Shown piece after piece: positions 25,472 to 37,673 of a stretch of 64,000 bases of DNA; the stretch's first letter is position 1, and the number at the start of each line of letters is the position of its first letter. This stretch comes from Laetmonice hystrix (Eukaryota), in NCBI GenBank assembly GCA_965235115.1, contig OZ249436.1, forward strand, positions 7,380,001 to 7,444,000, given 5' to 3'. Both the position numbers and the translations under genes were made by a program. The notes beneath the pieces are model-generated. The model had not been told where the DNA came from. It ran no database searches and worked only from the letters and a program-made list of their open reading frames with translations.

Positions 25472-28431
25472 GATTTGTTTTCAGATAGGGAGAACCTGGC
25501 TCCACGTGGAACTTATCCCAAATTTAGATGTTAACGTGAACAAACTCAGACTAAAGGTCCACTAGAAATATAAGGGGTTTGACATCTTTATGAGAATTGA
25601 GACTGTATTCCTATCGTCAGTCATAGTGCGAGCAACTGGTAGAACAGATACGGCATGGCAACACGACGGAAAACATATCCCAACAAATTCGACAAAGTTA
25701 AAATCGCCTCAAATACGGCCGCCAAACTTCGGGATGGTGATTACAGATTCTTATGCAGTTTTATGCTGGGGGCTTGACCCCCTTATCACGTACAGAAGAT
25801 TTTGATGCCCTCGGAAGAGATATAAAATGTGAATTACACCGATTCACCCTACTTACGTCAGGCTAAATGACATAAAGCACGGCTGCAAAAATGTGGATAC
25901 CATCTAAGAATACTTACTCCTGTAAAAATACTATAAATACGGGTCGATTTGTACAAACTCTATCACAAGATTATGTCATTATCATTCTAAGTAAACTGTT
26001 AATCCCAATTTGTACAGCGAACTAACAGGGAAAGCCAGAGCGCAACGTAGCTTTCTTTCCAGCCAAGTATGAGTTCATGTACATGAAAACAATGGGATAT
26101 CGTCTAATGTAATCGACAAATGTCTCTTCTAGATTCCTCATTTTGTGTCTTCATAACAACTAGTTAAGCCAAACGGATTTTGTTTTGCATGACAACGTGA
26201 GTGCTTGGGGAACCTGTGATCCTGATGAGAGGACTCGGTGTCTCCACGCTCAGCAGAGACACGGGGGTTGGGGTGGGTGTTTGGTGGGGTAGTACTCGCT
26301 GCCAGTCTGTCTGCTGTATACTTCACATATCCCACCTGCAGTGGGTACAGTCCACTACATTACAGCGATAACGTCTGCAGACAGACTTCCATGTCTGCCG
26401 CCACCGATTTATACATACCAATAAATCCCGTTAATAATCAGGATCATTTAGAGTGGATATTGCATGTTGGGGAGAGGGGCGACTGCACCCCATTTTCAAA
26501 TTGCATTGTACTTTTAAAGTGTTAAAACAATTCTTTATGACTAGTTTAGCCTACCAACTGAAATGCAAGAAGTACCTATACCTTGTGTGATGTAACAACC
26601 AAACCATTCGCATCACTGAACACAGCTACGAATTGTGAATGGATCAACCTGCCTGCTCCAAGGATTTCCCAAAGGCAGCAATGGGGCGAGTCAATGGGAC
26701 CAGGCCTACTGACTGAACTGGGTACGACCTGGACACAAGGATCAGGTAATCGTTCTCGGCTGTGCTTAGTGGTGCGTGAACAGAACTGATTGACCGTTAC
26801 ATCACACAATGCCCGCATGCAATTGTGTAGCAAAACTGGTCAAAATACTTATCATCCCCAAGTATATTGTTTGGGTTGGGTTGTATTGTTTGCTGGACAT
26901 ACTGTAGGGCATGGAGCACAGGAGCATAACCGACGAATGTTATATCTGCATTAGCACACTGTAGGAACTAAAGGTTATATTAGGCCATCATCAAATTGAC
27001 ATTTTGAAAGCAGATGTAGACACTGGAACGTATTAAGGCACTTGTGTGGGCATGTGTGGGACTCCAACAGACATCTTTACTTGTACTCGCTAATCAAAAC
27101 TGCTACATTGAATTCAGGATTCCATTTACGAAATTACAGTTGTTTGACATGTTTGTCTAAATTACTGTGTACGGATCCACTGAAGTAAAGTGAAACTACG
27201 GTATTATTCTGAGTTACATCCAGTACCCTGGTTTCCCAGGGCAAACAACGACTTTTTTACATTTCTGTATTTCACTACCTAATTCTTGCACCAAAGTTTT
27301 ATGCCTAAATCTACGATACCACCAGATGTCGGAGAGGGAGCCAGTAGGCATCTTATTTTCGTGAACGGGAGTCAAGGCAACAGCCGAGACCCATTACGAT
27401 GGCGTCAGGGACAAACAGGGAAGGTAGGAGCGTGGAGAAATTTTTACATGAAAAATGAGCACACGTGATTCCGTGAGTTTTTTCAATGGAGACCAGTTTT
27501 TGTCTTGATATCCTTCCATTTACGTGGCGTATGTGGGTGTAGTTTTTTTTTTTTTTTTTTTGGGGGGGGGGGGTCAATTAGTTTTTATTACAGATAGACA
27601 TATCAATTTGGGAATTCAATTGGTCTGCGTATGACCGCTGCACCCCATAAGGGGACCTTCCATTGCGAACCTTTGTGCATATAACTTATATAACTTATGA
27701 CTTGACTTAATATAAATTTAAGTAAAGTCATAAGTATTATTCATTGATGATTGGGTCTCGGCGTACATGGTTTTAACAAGTTGGTATTAGTTGCAGAAGC
27801 AGGACGTAACGATGCGAGAGTAGCAGAATTGTTTTGTGCAACCACTGCTAACTTTGATCGCAATCCTGAGTTGCGATAGCAGGGTGCGATGGTTTCAAGT
27901 GTGTGAAGGCTCAGGGCTGTTGACACCCTACCACTGGTTACCCTGTCTCACATGTTGCTTTCCCGAGAAACCGATGCCGATGTGGCAATGTGTGTATCTT
28001 GCAGACTGATATGGAAGGTGAATGTTGTTTTCTGACCAGCAGAGGAGGCCATTTTTCCATGGGTTGAGAGAGATAGAGAGAAAGCACCACGCCTTGCTGG
28101 AGCACCATGTGACACGGCTACAGGCACAAGGAGGACACAAACATGTCTCCCCATATTGACTGAACCTCCCCCTGTGCAGCCTAGATAACACTGGTTACTT
28201 CCTCACCCATCCCTTTGAAAAAAGCGTTGTTATCTTCGGTTAGAGTGTAAAGGAAAGTCTTACATTCCAGCGGCGTGTCCCAGAGGGGCTCTGAGAATAG
28301 TTAGTCAATGCCCAGCATGCATGCACACTGACCAATCCATCACTGTTGGCAACCTGTTCACCACAAACGACCCCTGCATTCTCACCTCAACAGCCACGGT
28401 TGCTATGGAGACAGTGTGGCGTGATTCTTGC

Positions 28432-28535
28432 AAGAGAAAGAGATAGAAGAGAAGAGAACAGACGAGAAGAGAAGAGAGATAGAGGATGATGAAGATAGAG
28501 AAGTGAAAGAGAAGGAAAAACAGAAAAAAGGAGAA
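28432..28535. repeat. GA-rich low-complexity purine tract
   Basis: About 100 nt of nearly all A/G. It explains the F/L/S-rich spurious minus-strand ORFs. Confidence 0.85.
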
Positions 28536-29407
28536 CATGAGGTAATGCTGGGTAAACTGAATCTTGGGCATCCAGGGTCCCCATAGTCGTGGGAGGTTCG
28601 TCCCGTTGTCAAGTCCCATTTTGCCCTTTTCCTACCGTCTTTCCCAGTTTGGGACGTAACAGTCGCGGCGCTATGTAAAAGCAAGCCCCCTGTGGACGAG
28701 GAAAAGTGTTGACTATTATTTCTGTTGTCTAAGACAAGCAGGGGGTGGGAGTGGTAGGGGGTAATGACTGCTATCCACCTCGGCAGGGTACGGGACCCTG
28801 CAGGGCCTGGGACGTGATAGCGACGGCAGGGGGCGCGCCGGGCAGCGCCTCATCCTCAACACCTGCACCACGAGACCACTTGCCCTCTTTCTATCATTTA
28901 TATGCCTCCTCTTCCAACAAATACTTCTTTCCAGATGTCTTGAAGACATACCAGATAGGTCCCCGTAAAAAAAAATCCCTGCCTAGCTGGCTGTCGGTAC
29001 AGGTTGCTTTGTTCATCTCTCCATCTGGCCGGGATGTGGGTGGCAATACAGCGTTCACGGCTTCTTTCGCTGGACCGCCTCGACGGGATCGCCCCCTGGC
29101 GGAGGAGGTCTGTTATTATTGATGTGACTTATCTTTATTGTGTGTGACAAGCCGACGCCACGGAGCTGGTCGTAACCAGGGCAACATCCCACACAGTATC
29201 TCGACTGACGAAGGCTGCCGGGTTCTCTAATCCTTGCACCTCATATATTTCACATGCATATCATCTAATTGACAGACGAAATACTTGAGGAGCATTGCGC
29301 TTCGCTATCACCAACACTGCTCATACAATTCAAGTGGTTTAAAAGGGAAACTGAGTTTACCAAGCATCTTTATCTGCATTATTCAAAGAAGTATTTCATT
29401 GCATCTT

Positions 29408-29874
29408 AAAATGTATCAGTGTGACTCTAACATCAGGCCCTTAGAACAAAAAATGTATCAGTGTGACTCTAACATCAGGCCCTTAGAACAAAAAATGTAT
29501 CAGTGTGACTCTAACATCAGACCCTTAGAACAAAAAATGTATCAGTGTGACTCTAACATCAGACCCTTAGAACAAAAAATGTATCAGTGTGACTCTAACA
29601 TCAGGCCCTTAGAACAAAAAATGTATCAGTGTGACTCTAACATCAGACCCTTAGAACAAAAAATGTATCAGTGTGACTCTAACATCAGACCCTTAGAACA
29701 AGAAATGTATCAGTGTGACTCTAACATCAGACCCTTAGAACAAAAAATGTATCAGTGTGACTCTGACATCAGGCCCTTAGAACAAAAAATGTATCAGTGT
29801 GACTCTAACATCAGGACCTTAGAACAAAAAATGTATCAGTGTGACTCTAACATCAGGCCCTCAGAACAAAAAAT
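29408..29874. repeat. 42-bp minisatellite, 11 copies
   Basis: ATGTATCAGTGTGACTCTAACATCAG(G/A)CCCTTAGAACAAAAA from 29411 to 29831 in steps of 42. Units are near-identical with no spacers. Confidence 0.98.
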
Positions 29875-31970
29875 CAACATGAAAAGCGTCGGGTTACCAG
29901 TATGGTTAATATGCAAAAAGATATTCTATACAGTTAAAAGTATTAACATTTTCCAAGGTCACAGAAAAATGCAAACATTCTAATACAGTTGGGCAAATAT
30001 TCTATGCACCCCAAGGCGGGTAAACGCAGGAATCACATGAAGTAAGTCCAATGTTACAAGTCCTCTATGTTTTACCGCTGATAGAGATATCACAAGGTAA
30101 TTACTAACACTTAAGTACCGACAACCTGCTACGAGGATAATTTGGTAAATTTCAAGTTTGCACAGCATATCGGAAGTGGTATACGTCAGCCATCCTTTTA
30201 TAAAAAGTTCATTTTTATGAGGAAGATGTTTTTATTATGATTGACTTGCCTCATTGGCAATGACCACCCGACTCTTTTCTCCTACCTTTATTGAGAAATA
30301 CTTGGAAAACATTGTACCTCGTGTATCTGACTTTGTTTATTAGATACCGACTGATATTGTGTGACCTTCTAGTTACATTCCGCTCTCCATTTTTCTCAAC
30401 GCTTGTATAATAAGGTTTGGCTGTCCTCAGCTGTGCCACATTTAGGGTACATCACTTGGCACCTTTCATGCAATATGGTATCATTTGCTGGCGGAGATTG
30501 ACGGAACCCCTGAGTCCCTGGAGTGTTCTCGCTATGCCCTACCCAACCACGGTCAGCCGTTGGTGAGACAGCTCGCGCGCCATGGGGCGAGACATAATAC
30601 ATGACCCAGGCCCAATACAAACTGCACTTATCGGAATGAATATGATGGTTTGTTGAGGTGATGGCAGTGCCGCGCAGATAACATAGTATCAATATCAGTA
30701 TAGTTGCCAGCAAATCCGACATTTCGGTCGGTTTAGACTAACTATCCGAGGGAGGGGAGCGCCACGACTGGGTGTGGAGAACCTCACCAGTACCATCTCC
30801 AACAACTAACCGGCATTTGCTCTTCTCCAGACTACTTCATCGAACTTAGCTTTTTGCTTCAATCAACTATTATTTTTTTGGTTTGAATCAACCAGTGGCT
30901 TGTTAGGCATTTGTACACTGGATTTACATTGATAAGTTACCATATATTTTTATTCAGACAACTTCCTCCGCTTGACTTCCAATCTATCCACACATCTGTA
31001 CATATCTTCAAATACGTCAGGTCAATTGGAAGTACTGAATCAAGATATCAACATCACATCAATATGCCGTACTCTATCAATTTGTTACATCCTTCTCAAG
31101 GAAAAACAAAAGGAACCATACACTTTTTGTTGGTGGTACACAGGTTTTAGCGGAACACAAGTCATTCAGAATATTACATTCCTAGGTTGGCCTCCTACTT
31201 CCGGTAGTTCTTCCTATGCTCCATGCAGAGTCTGCCCGGAAAGAAGGCGTTCTATTCATACACCACACCCTGACAAATGTCTATTTACAAGTTTTCAGTC
31301 GTATACAATGATAACTCAGCAAAAGCTGAATGCCAACAATCAGCTAGCAACACCTCCCCGTTCTCAGTTGGTGATCCAATGGTGAAGTGTACAGGTTGTT
31401 TTGCTCGTACCCCCTGCCCAGAGACTGTAGAAGCTGGGTGACTGACGTGAAGGGTAGTCCTCCCCGGCCTGTGACACGTGATAAATTACTACCCGCCACT
31501 CCCCATCATTGATCATTGTAATAACGGCTGATTATTCCAGGATATTCTCACTCATCCACATCAATCTTAGGATATGTTTCCTCCATGTTGCTTATGTGCG
31601 GCATCTTAATCGCACGGCATGGCGAAAAATATCTGTATAGAAGTGCGGTGGTTTTGTGTACGGTGACAGACATCATCTATCAGCGTCCTTGCCTGCACAG
31701 TGGGTTGTTAAGGTGAAGGGTATGTGGGTTTCTGGGTTGTCTGATATCCAGGTGAGGCATCCCATGCACAAACAGGTGGAAGAAGATAAGAGACAGCCGC
31801 ATCTATTGAGTGGCCATATGATCAGGCTGCTGCCTCCATCCCAGTGGCTATCAAAGGGACCATCTCAAAACGTCCCAGCCGCTACCTGTCAACGTGGTGC
31901 CGTACAGGTGAAAACAAGTTCTCAAATCTCTCTCCCATTTCTCAACTTCCGACGATGAGATACAGATGGG

Positions 31971-32009
31971 CGGATAGAGACGGATAGAGACGGATAGAGA
32001 CGGACAGAT
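31971..32009. repeat. 10-bp tandem repeat, about 4 copies
   Basis: CGGATAGAGA x3 plus a degenerate copy. Confidence 0.9.
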
Positions 32010-34581
32010 CCAGTGGCGTCCACTTCTGTAAAAGTACATAAGGCTGCACATGTTTTTGAGGTTTACTGTTGACCGACATAAGCTGGAGCCTCGCCCTGCA
32101 CAGGACCTTAGTGGGTTCTCTACAGAATATGTGCGTGAGCTCTCCTTGCTTGCCTTGACTTGCTGGTGTGAAACACAAACTGCCATCCTGCCATGATAAG
32201 GAACCAGGCTCTCCGGCCCTCCTCTCTCCCCCAAACTCATATCGTTATATCAGTAGTGGATTGGGATTCAATCTATTAATGATCTCGCCATCCACGATTG
32301 GCCCTCCATCCCCTGCTATGTAAGTTAATGATTTGGTTATGAATGATGAAGCACAGACCCGGCCTGGCCGCTGACCACAATCCATCTAACCGATTAGACA
32401 GTTCCAACAAGGGACGTCTTGGACCCCAGCTGACTGAGAATTCATGAGAATGGAATGAAAACGATAGATAAACATATCTCGAACCCCTTTACATCTTTCT
32501 CAACTATTTTCTATCTGAAACGATTAAATAATGCTTACAAATAGAAAGGTATATCACTGACACTTCACATAACATGACGGTCCTTCAAACCACTTACCCT
32601 TTCGGCATGTACTGATCAGAAGCCCACAGCAGGGTGATTTGGTTTTTAAACTTTGACTCCTACATTCTCACCGCCCACAAACCCTCAGCAGGGCAGGTTT
32701 CCATGAAGCTGCAGTTCACGGCTGGGAGGGTGTGTCTGTATTCAGGGGCAGATACACCCCAGGGGTCTTGACAGGGGGCAATATGGTCACATCACGTCCT
32801 TTAAATGCTACCGACAGCTACAAGAAATCTCGGTTGAAATTCCCATATAAAACAGAAAATGGCCGAACCTCTCTAGCTGGATCATTAACTTCGGTCCAAC
32901 TAGGTATTTTTTGTCGAGACTTATCCATTTTTCATTCAGAAGGAGTGAGAAGCTTAAATCATCCAACCGGCAAAAACCTTCTGGCCATTCCGTGAGATTT
33001 TTTAGTACGTCTTTATTTATGTTTTCAATATAATTTTATGCCCACAGAGATATAAATGCCAGTAACAATTATGAATACCATTTCTCAAGTGGCTCAAAGA
33101 CCACGTGTAACATAGACCATGTAAATCATGACAGATCATGTGAAAAGCACCTGTTCCCTTTATTATGCTCGAGCTACTTTGAGAATCTTCCAGAAAAAGG
33201 AAAAAAAGGTGCTGCCGAAATTTCAGCCAGATTGTGTATAAATTTTTTTTTTGTCCTGACGAAGTGAAAAATCAGATGCGAGCAGATGTACCTGATTACA
33301 TGGTTCGGCTGCACTTGAAACGAAACATAAAATGTACCACCCAAAAATTTGGGGAGGAAATCCAGGCCCCTTGGCATGGAGTGACGTTTCTTTATGGTAG
33401 GCCTCACGTGAAACACTTGAGGAGTCCTGGAGCTAGCAGAGGAAGGTGCCGCTCTCTCTTAGAGACGGCAAAAGCTGACACGTGGGGTCCGCCTCTCAAT
33501 GAAGATGTAGCCAGGCAGGTGTGCGCTGCCCGGGCAGGAGGCTGGGGGTGGGGGGGATACCATGGCAGTACACAGGATGGAGACGGGGGGGGGAGAGAAC
33601 CCCCTCCACATTGACGAGCCCCGGGTGCCCACAGGGGTAATCAATAACACCCGCCAGTATCACCGATATCACAGTCCTTACTGTCAGGTGTTTTGTCTTG
33701 ATTTTTTTCTGGCTATCATTCATCATCACAGACTATTACATGGACTGATGCTGTTATCTTCACTTCACTAAGGGGCTTCAATTTGGGGCTGAGCCTTGAC
33801 TGACGGTGTAACCATGCAACGCCCCCCCCCCCAGTTTCAGGACACACCTAGCGCCTACATATGGTGCTTTCATGATTGAGGGAAGCATGCAACAGGAGTT
33901 AGGCCAACTTCAAGAGAACTAGATACAGCAGATTGGCGGGTGGGGGTCGGGTGAGGGTTGACTGAGGGGGGGGGGGGGAGTTGCCCCCTAAGACCGGGGG
34001 TCGGCTGGCACCTGTCAGGTGCTAATGGCTGTAACGATAGAAACCGACGTTGGCAGTACGCCTATTTTGTTAGCAAGATCACACGTAAAATACTTTTCAT
34101 GCAATCTCTGCAGGCATCCCTTGAAGCTTCCAGTTTTCCAGAGCTTAAGGTAAATCAACTTCCTCAGTAAATTGCTATTTCTTCCTCTGTACAGATGGAG
34201 CAGTAAATAAAGGCCCATAAAATGAGCGGCTGTGCCTTCTAATATACACTTAATCATGTTGCTGAATATGTGTTTGGGATCCACATCTAAGTCACACATG
34301 CAGCACCCACCCAGCAGGTTCATATTTCCTTGTTTACCCCCAGACTGTTAGTTACCCCATCCCCACCCCCGCCAGTCTGCTGTCCGTACAGTTGTTGAAA
34401 CTGTCCCACCGTGTCATAATGAATCTCAGTCACGTATTATTGACTGGCACTGAAGCAGGTTAATTGGACATGGACCGGGCAGGGCAGATCTCTCGAATAA
34501 TATGGTCTGTCCGGAGTGTTATGGATTAAAGCAGCTATTGTGGTATGGATTTCTCTGGACAGGAAAAGAATTACAAGATTC

Positions 34582-34752
34582 GGGGGTGGTAGTACAGCTT
34601 GTACTGCCTCTTTGTAGTACCCCCGCGTATGGGCAGGACAGTTCGCAGGACTTGGAGAGTGGGGTCCGGGGTGGTAGTACAGCTTGTACTGCCTCTTCGT
34701 TGTATCCTGGCGTATGGGCAGGACAGTTCGCAGTACTTGGAGAGTGGGGTCC
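34582..34752. repeat. 85-bp direct duplication
   Basis: GTGGTAGTACAGCTTGTACTGCCTCTT...GCGTATGGGCAGGACAGTTCGCAG.ACTTGGAGAGTGGGGTCC at 34586 and 34671. Confidence 0.92.
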
Positions 34753-34810
34753 AGCGAGTAATACCGGTCAGTATAGGTGTGAAGTATGGTTACTCTGGGT
34801 TGTACAGACT

Positions 34811-35020
34811 TGTACGATGATCTGGTGCGAGTACGATGATCTGGTGCGCGTACGATGATCTGGTGCGCGTACGATGATCTGGTGCGGGTACCATGATCTG
34901 GTGCGGGTACGATGATCTGGTGCGCGTACGATGATCTGGTGCGGGTACCATGATCTGGTGCGGGTACCATGATCTGGTGCGGGTACCATGATCTGGTGCG
35001 GGTACCATGATCTGGTACGA
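34811..35020. repeat. 19-bp minisatellite, about 11 copies
   Basis: nGTAC(G/C)ATGATCTGGTGCG repeated with period 19. Confidence 0.97.
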
Positions 35021-37608
35021 GTAGCATAGCCCATACTCAGCACTATGGTTTGCCCTATGAAGACTGACTTCCGGTGCCGTATTTACATTAGGACTGGAGT
35101 TCTCGCATTGGTTTTCAACCTAAATTTCCACGTTGGGTGTTACCATTTTGTGTCCCCCTATTCTGCGGCCCGCGTGGCATGCCACTGACACAAAGGTTTG
35201 GAAGGAGCGAGTTCCAGCACCTTGGAAGGATACAGGTCAATGAACCCAGAAAGGTGAGGTCCCTGACAGCATGGCCGTTTTCAATCCCCACCTGAAGGCT
35301 TTAACCAGGTGCCACTGTACAGGCCGGCCGGGTGTAGCCCCCACCCCTCCCACCCCATCCATCGTCCTCACAAAGTGTGCCGCGCTGGACACTTAGCTAG
35401 AAAATACTGTTTACCACTTCGTCCAGGCACCTCTCTCTTAAGGCAACGCTGCCACAGCTCCCCCTCCCGCTCCCCTTCGACCTTAAAACTGACATTTCCG
35501 ATCAATTTTCCCCTCAGCTGTTTTTAATACACCTCATTCTTTTCCGAGAAGAACGAGAAACCTCCCTGATGGAATTCTGCATGAAAATTTCTAAAAACCC
35601 AAAAACAAAACACCTGAACCTTCGCTCAACAGTAATGTCACAGCTAGCCTTCATCAAGACATGGCTATTTTTGCAGGAGGACGCGTGCCAAGAATTCCAT
35701 AAAACGTTTAAATGAAAAGGACGAACCACATTGAAAACGCGGTAGTGTTTTGTTGACCTAGCTCTAAATCCTAAATATTACCAACATAACATACATATCT
35801 CGAAGGTTTGAGACTCTCAGATATCAACCTTCAAATTTTTTGTTTTGTTAAAAGAACACACCACAGATGTGGCCAAAAAGGCAGATAAACGAACTACAAA
35901 ATTACAGGATCTTTATTTAACAGACCCGATTTATTCTAATTCGTCACGTCATTTGGACACGAGGAGCCCGCCTCAAGGCCTGTACAGTAGCCCCTTCATA
36001 CTACAACTGACCAAGATACCTACCACAGAACAGTTTTGAGCCATGGCGACCGGAAAGAGCATAGTTATGTTAGGAAGCTGGAGACATGGCTTCGGTTGGC
36101 ATCTTTCTACGTCTGACAAATGTCTGCATGGTGTTTACACTGCCTGGGTCAGGTATGTCTGAGGTAATGTGTCACTGAGCGGTCTATCACTCTGGGGCTG
36201 GAGAAATAATACTGCCAACAACAGGTGGGTATTACCCCCCACCTATCCCTGACTCCCACCAAGCTGTCTGACCAACTCATACAGCATCACTCTCTACGCC
36301 TTTCATAATCAGGATCAACTTAGCCAATTTACTGTGAAATGACTGGCAAACATGTAGGTAGAGATAACATGAATGCCTATTTTTATCGCGAATCATCTCA
36401 TAACTGTCTGCTCTTTATCACACACGGCGAAGGATGCCCGTAGCGCCCCCTGGAGATCAAAGCTAACACTACAGCCTGCTGTGTGATCAGCGTGCGGATA
36501 TCAGACCCAGGTCGGAACCAAAGACCTCTGTCATGAAAACTTCGGTCGTATATAAAGATCAGGTCTCACCCTGAACAGTCTGCCTTCCTCATGTCCTTAA
36601 TTCCTGCACCTCATAATACCTTACTCTACCTGTCAGGAGGTGCCGGGAGTTGTGAGTGCCCTCCCCAATATCCCGGTGAGCAGTTGGAGAGGAGGGTGAT
36701 GATAACACCCTCTTGTTCTCAATTTGGTTTCTGCAAACACCCGCGGACCACCACACAGGACAGTGCCATGTCTGGCGTCCGAGCTGGGACTAATTATTCG
36801 ACACCCACCAACACAGCTGCCTATTTAGAAAATAAATCTCCATTGCCATCCTTCTGCTTAACAAAACAGGCAACTGTGGACAAATCTGTCAGCAGTTCAG
36901 CGCCGACTATGAGCGCAATCCCTCGAGAGAAATGGCATGGGAGATAGCATGTTAGGGCTGCCACTAACCAAACAACATGGACTGATCTCGAACGCTGTCC
37001 CGGCCCTGCCGGAAAATCTGCAGGTACCAAGCGCCATCAATCATGGGTAGAGTCTCACCAGTGCCCCATATCATGGGTCCCGTGGCGACTACACCCTTCT
37101 TGCAATAATCTAACTCCTTTCAGTCTGCCAATAACTTCAAGGACCTTCATTTTAGCGTGATTTGTGATGCAGCGACCACAATATGCCAAGATTGCAATCA
37201 GCGAATAAAGTTAACCAGAGCAAAGGAAAATAGAGAGGTGTTAGCGTATTACTAGTAAATATTTTGGGCAAAGGTTTCCGCAATCAGACCACCCAGTATA
37301 CTACTAGGGACTGCTAACGACAGCACCTCTTCTAGACAAATTTACCAACATCATTCCCACGCTATCAGCTTTCCAAAATTCCCGGACTTTTTTCCGGACC
37401 ATTGCCGGATCTTTATGATTTTGTCCAGGACCATGTTCAGGTCTTCTTCCATTTTTTTTGCATGGGATATCGACGATGATTAAAGAACGGTGCCTTGACT
37501 GGGAATCAGCCACCTAGAATTTGAGTCAGCCTAGTCAGCAGTATTTCAGAGAGAACAAGGCCCTAACTCAGTCGGTGAAATCCGTTGAGTTATAAGGGTG
37601 AGAAAATA

Positions 37609-37673
37609 GGAAGAAACCCGCGCACCGGGGCGAACCCCTACTCTTTTCGATAAATTTCAAGAAGTCTTTAATG
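37609..37673 (-). mobile_element. SINE fragment with Deu/Nin-like core domain
   Basis: The minus strand reads CATTAAAGACTTCTTGAAATTTATCGAAAAGAGTAGGGGTTCGCCCCGGTGCGCGGGTTTCTTCC. It matches the copy at 55802-55870 and resembles the Deu/Nin SINE core as I recall it. Confidence 0.65.

Noticed and set aside
29408..29874. CRISPR-like appearance of the 42-bp array (also the 19-, 29- and 71-bp arrays)
   Set aside because: Units are head-to-tail with no unique spacers, there are no cas genes, and the context is eukaryotic.
34437..35043. Repetitive ORFs (PDHGTRTRSWYPHQIMVPA...)
   Set aside because: By-products of the 19-bp array, open in several frames at once.
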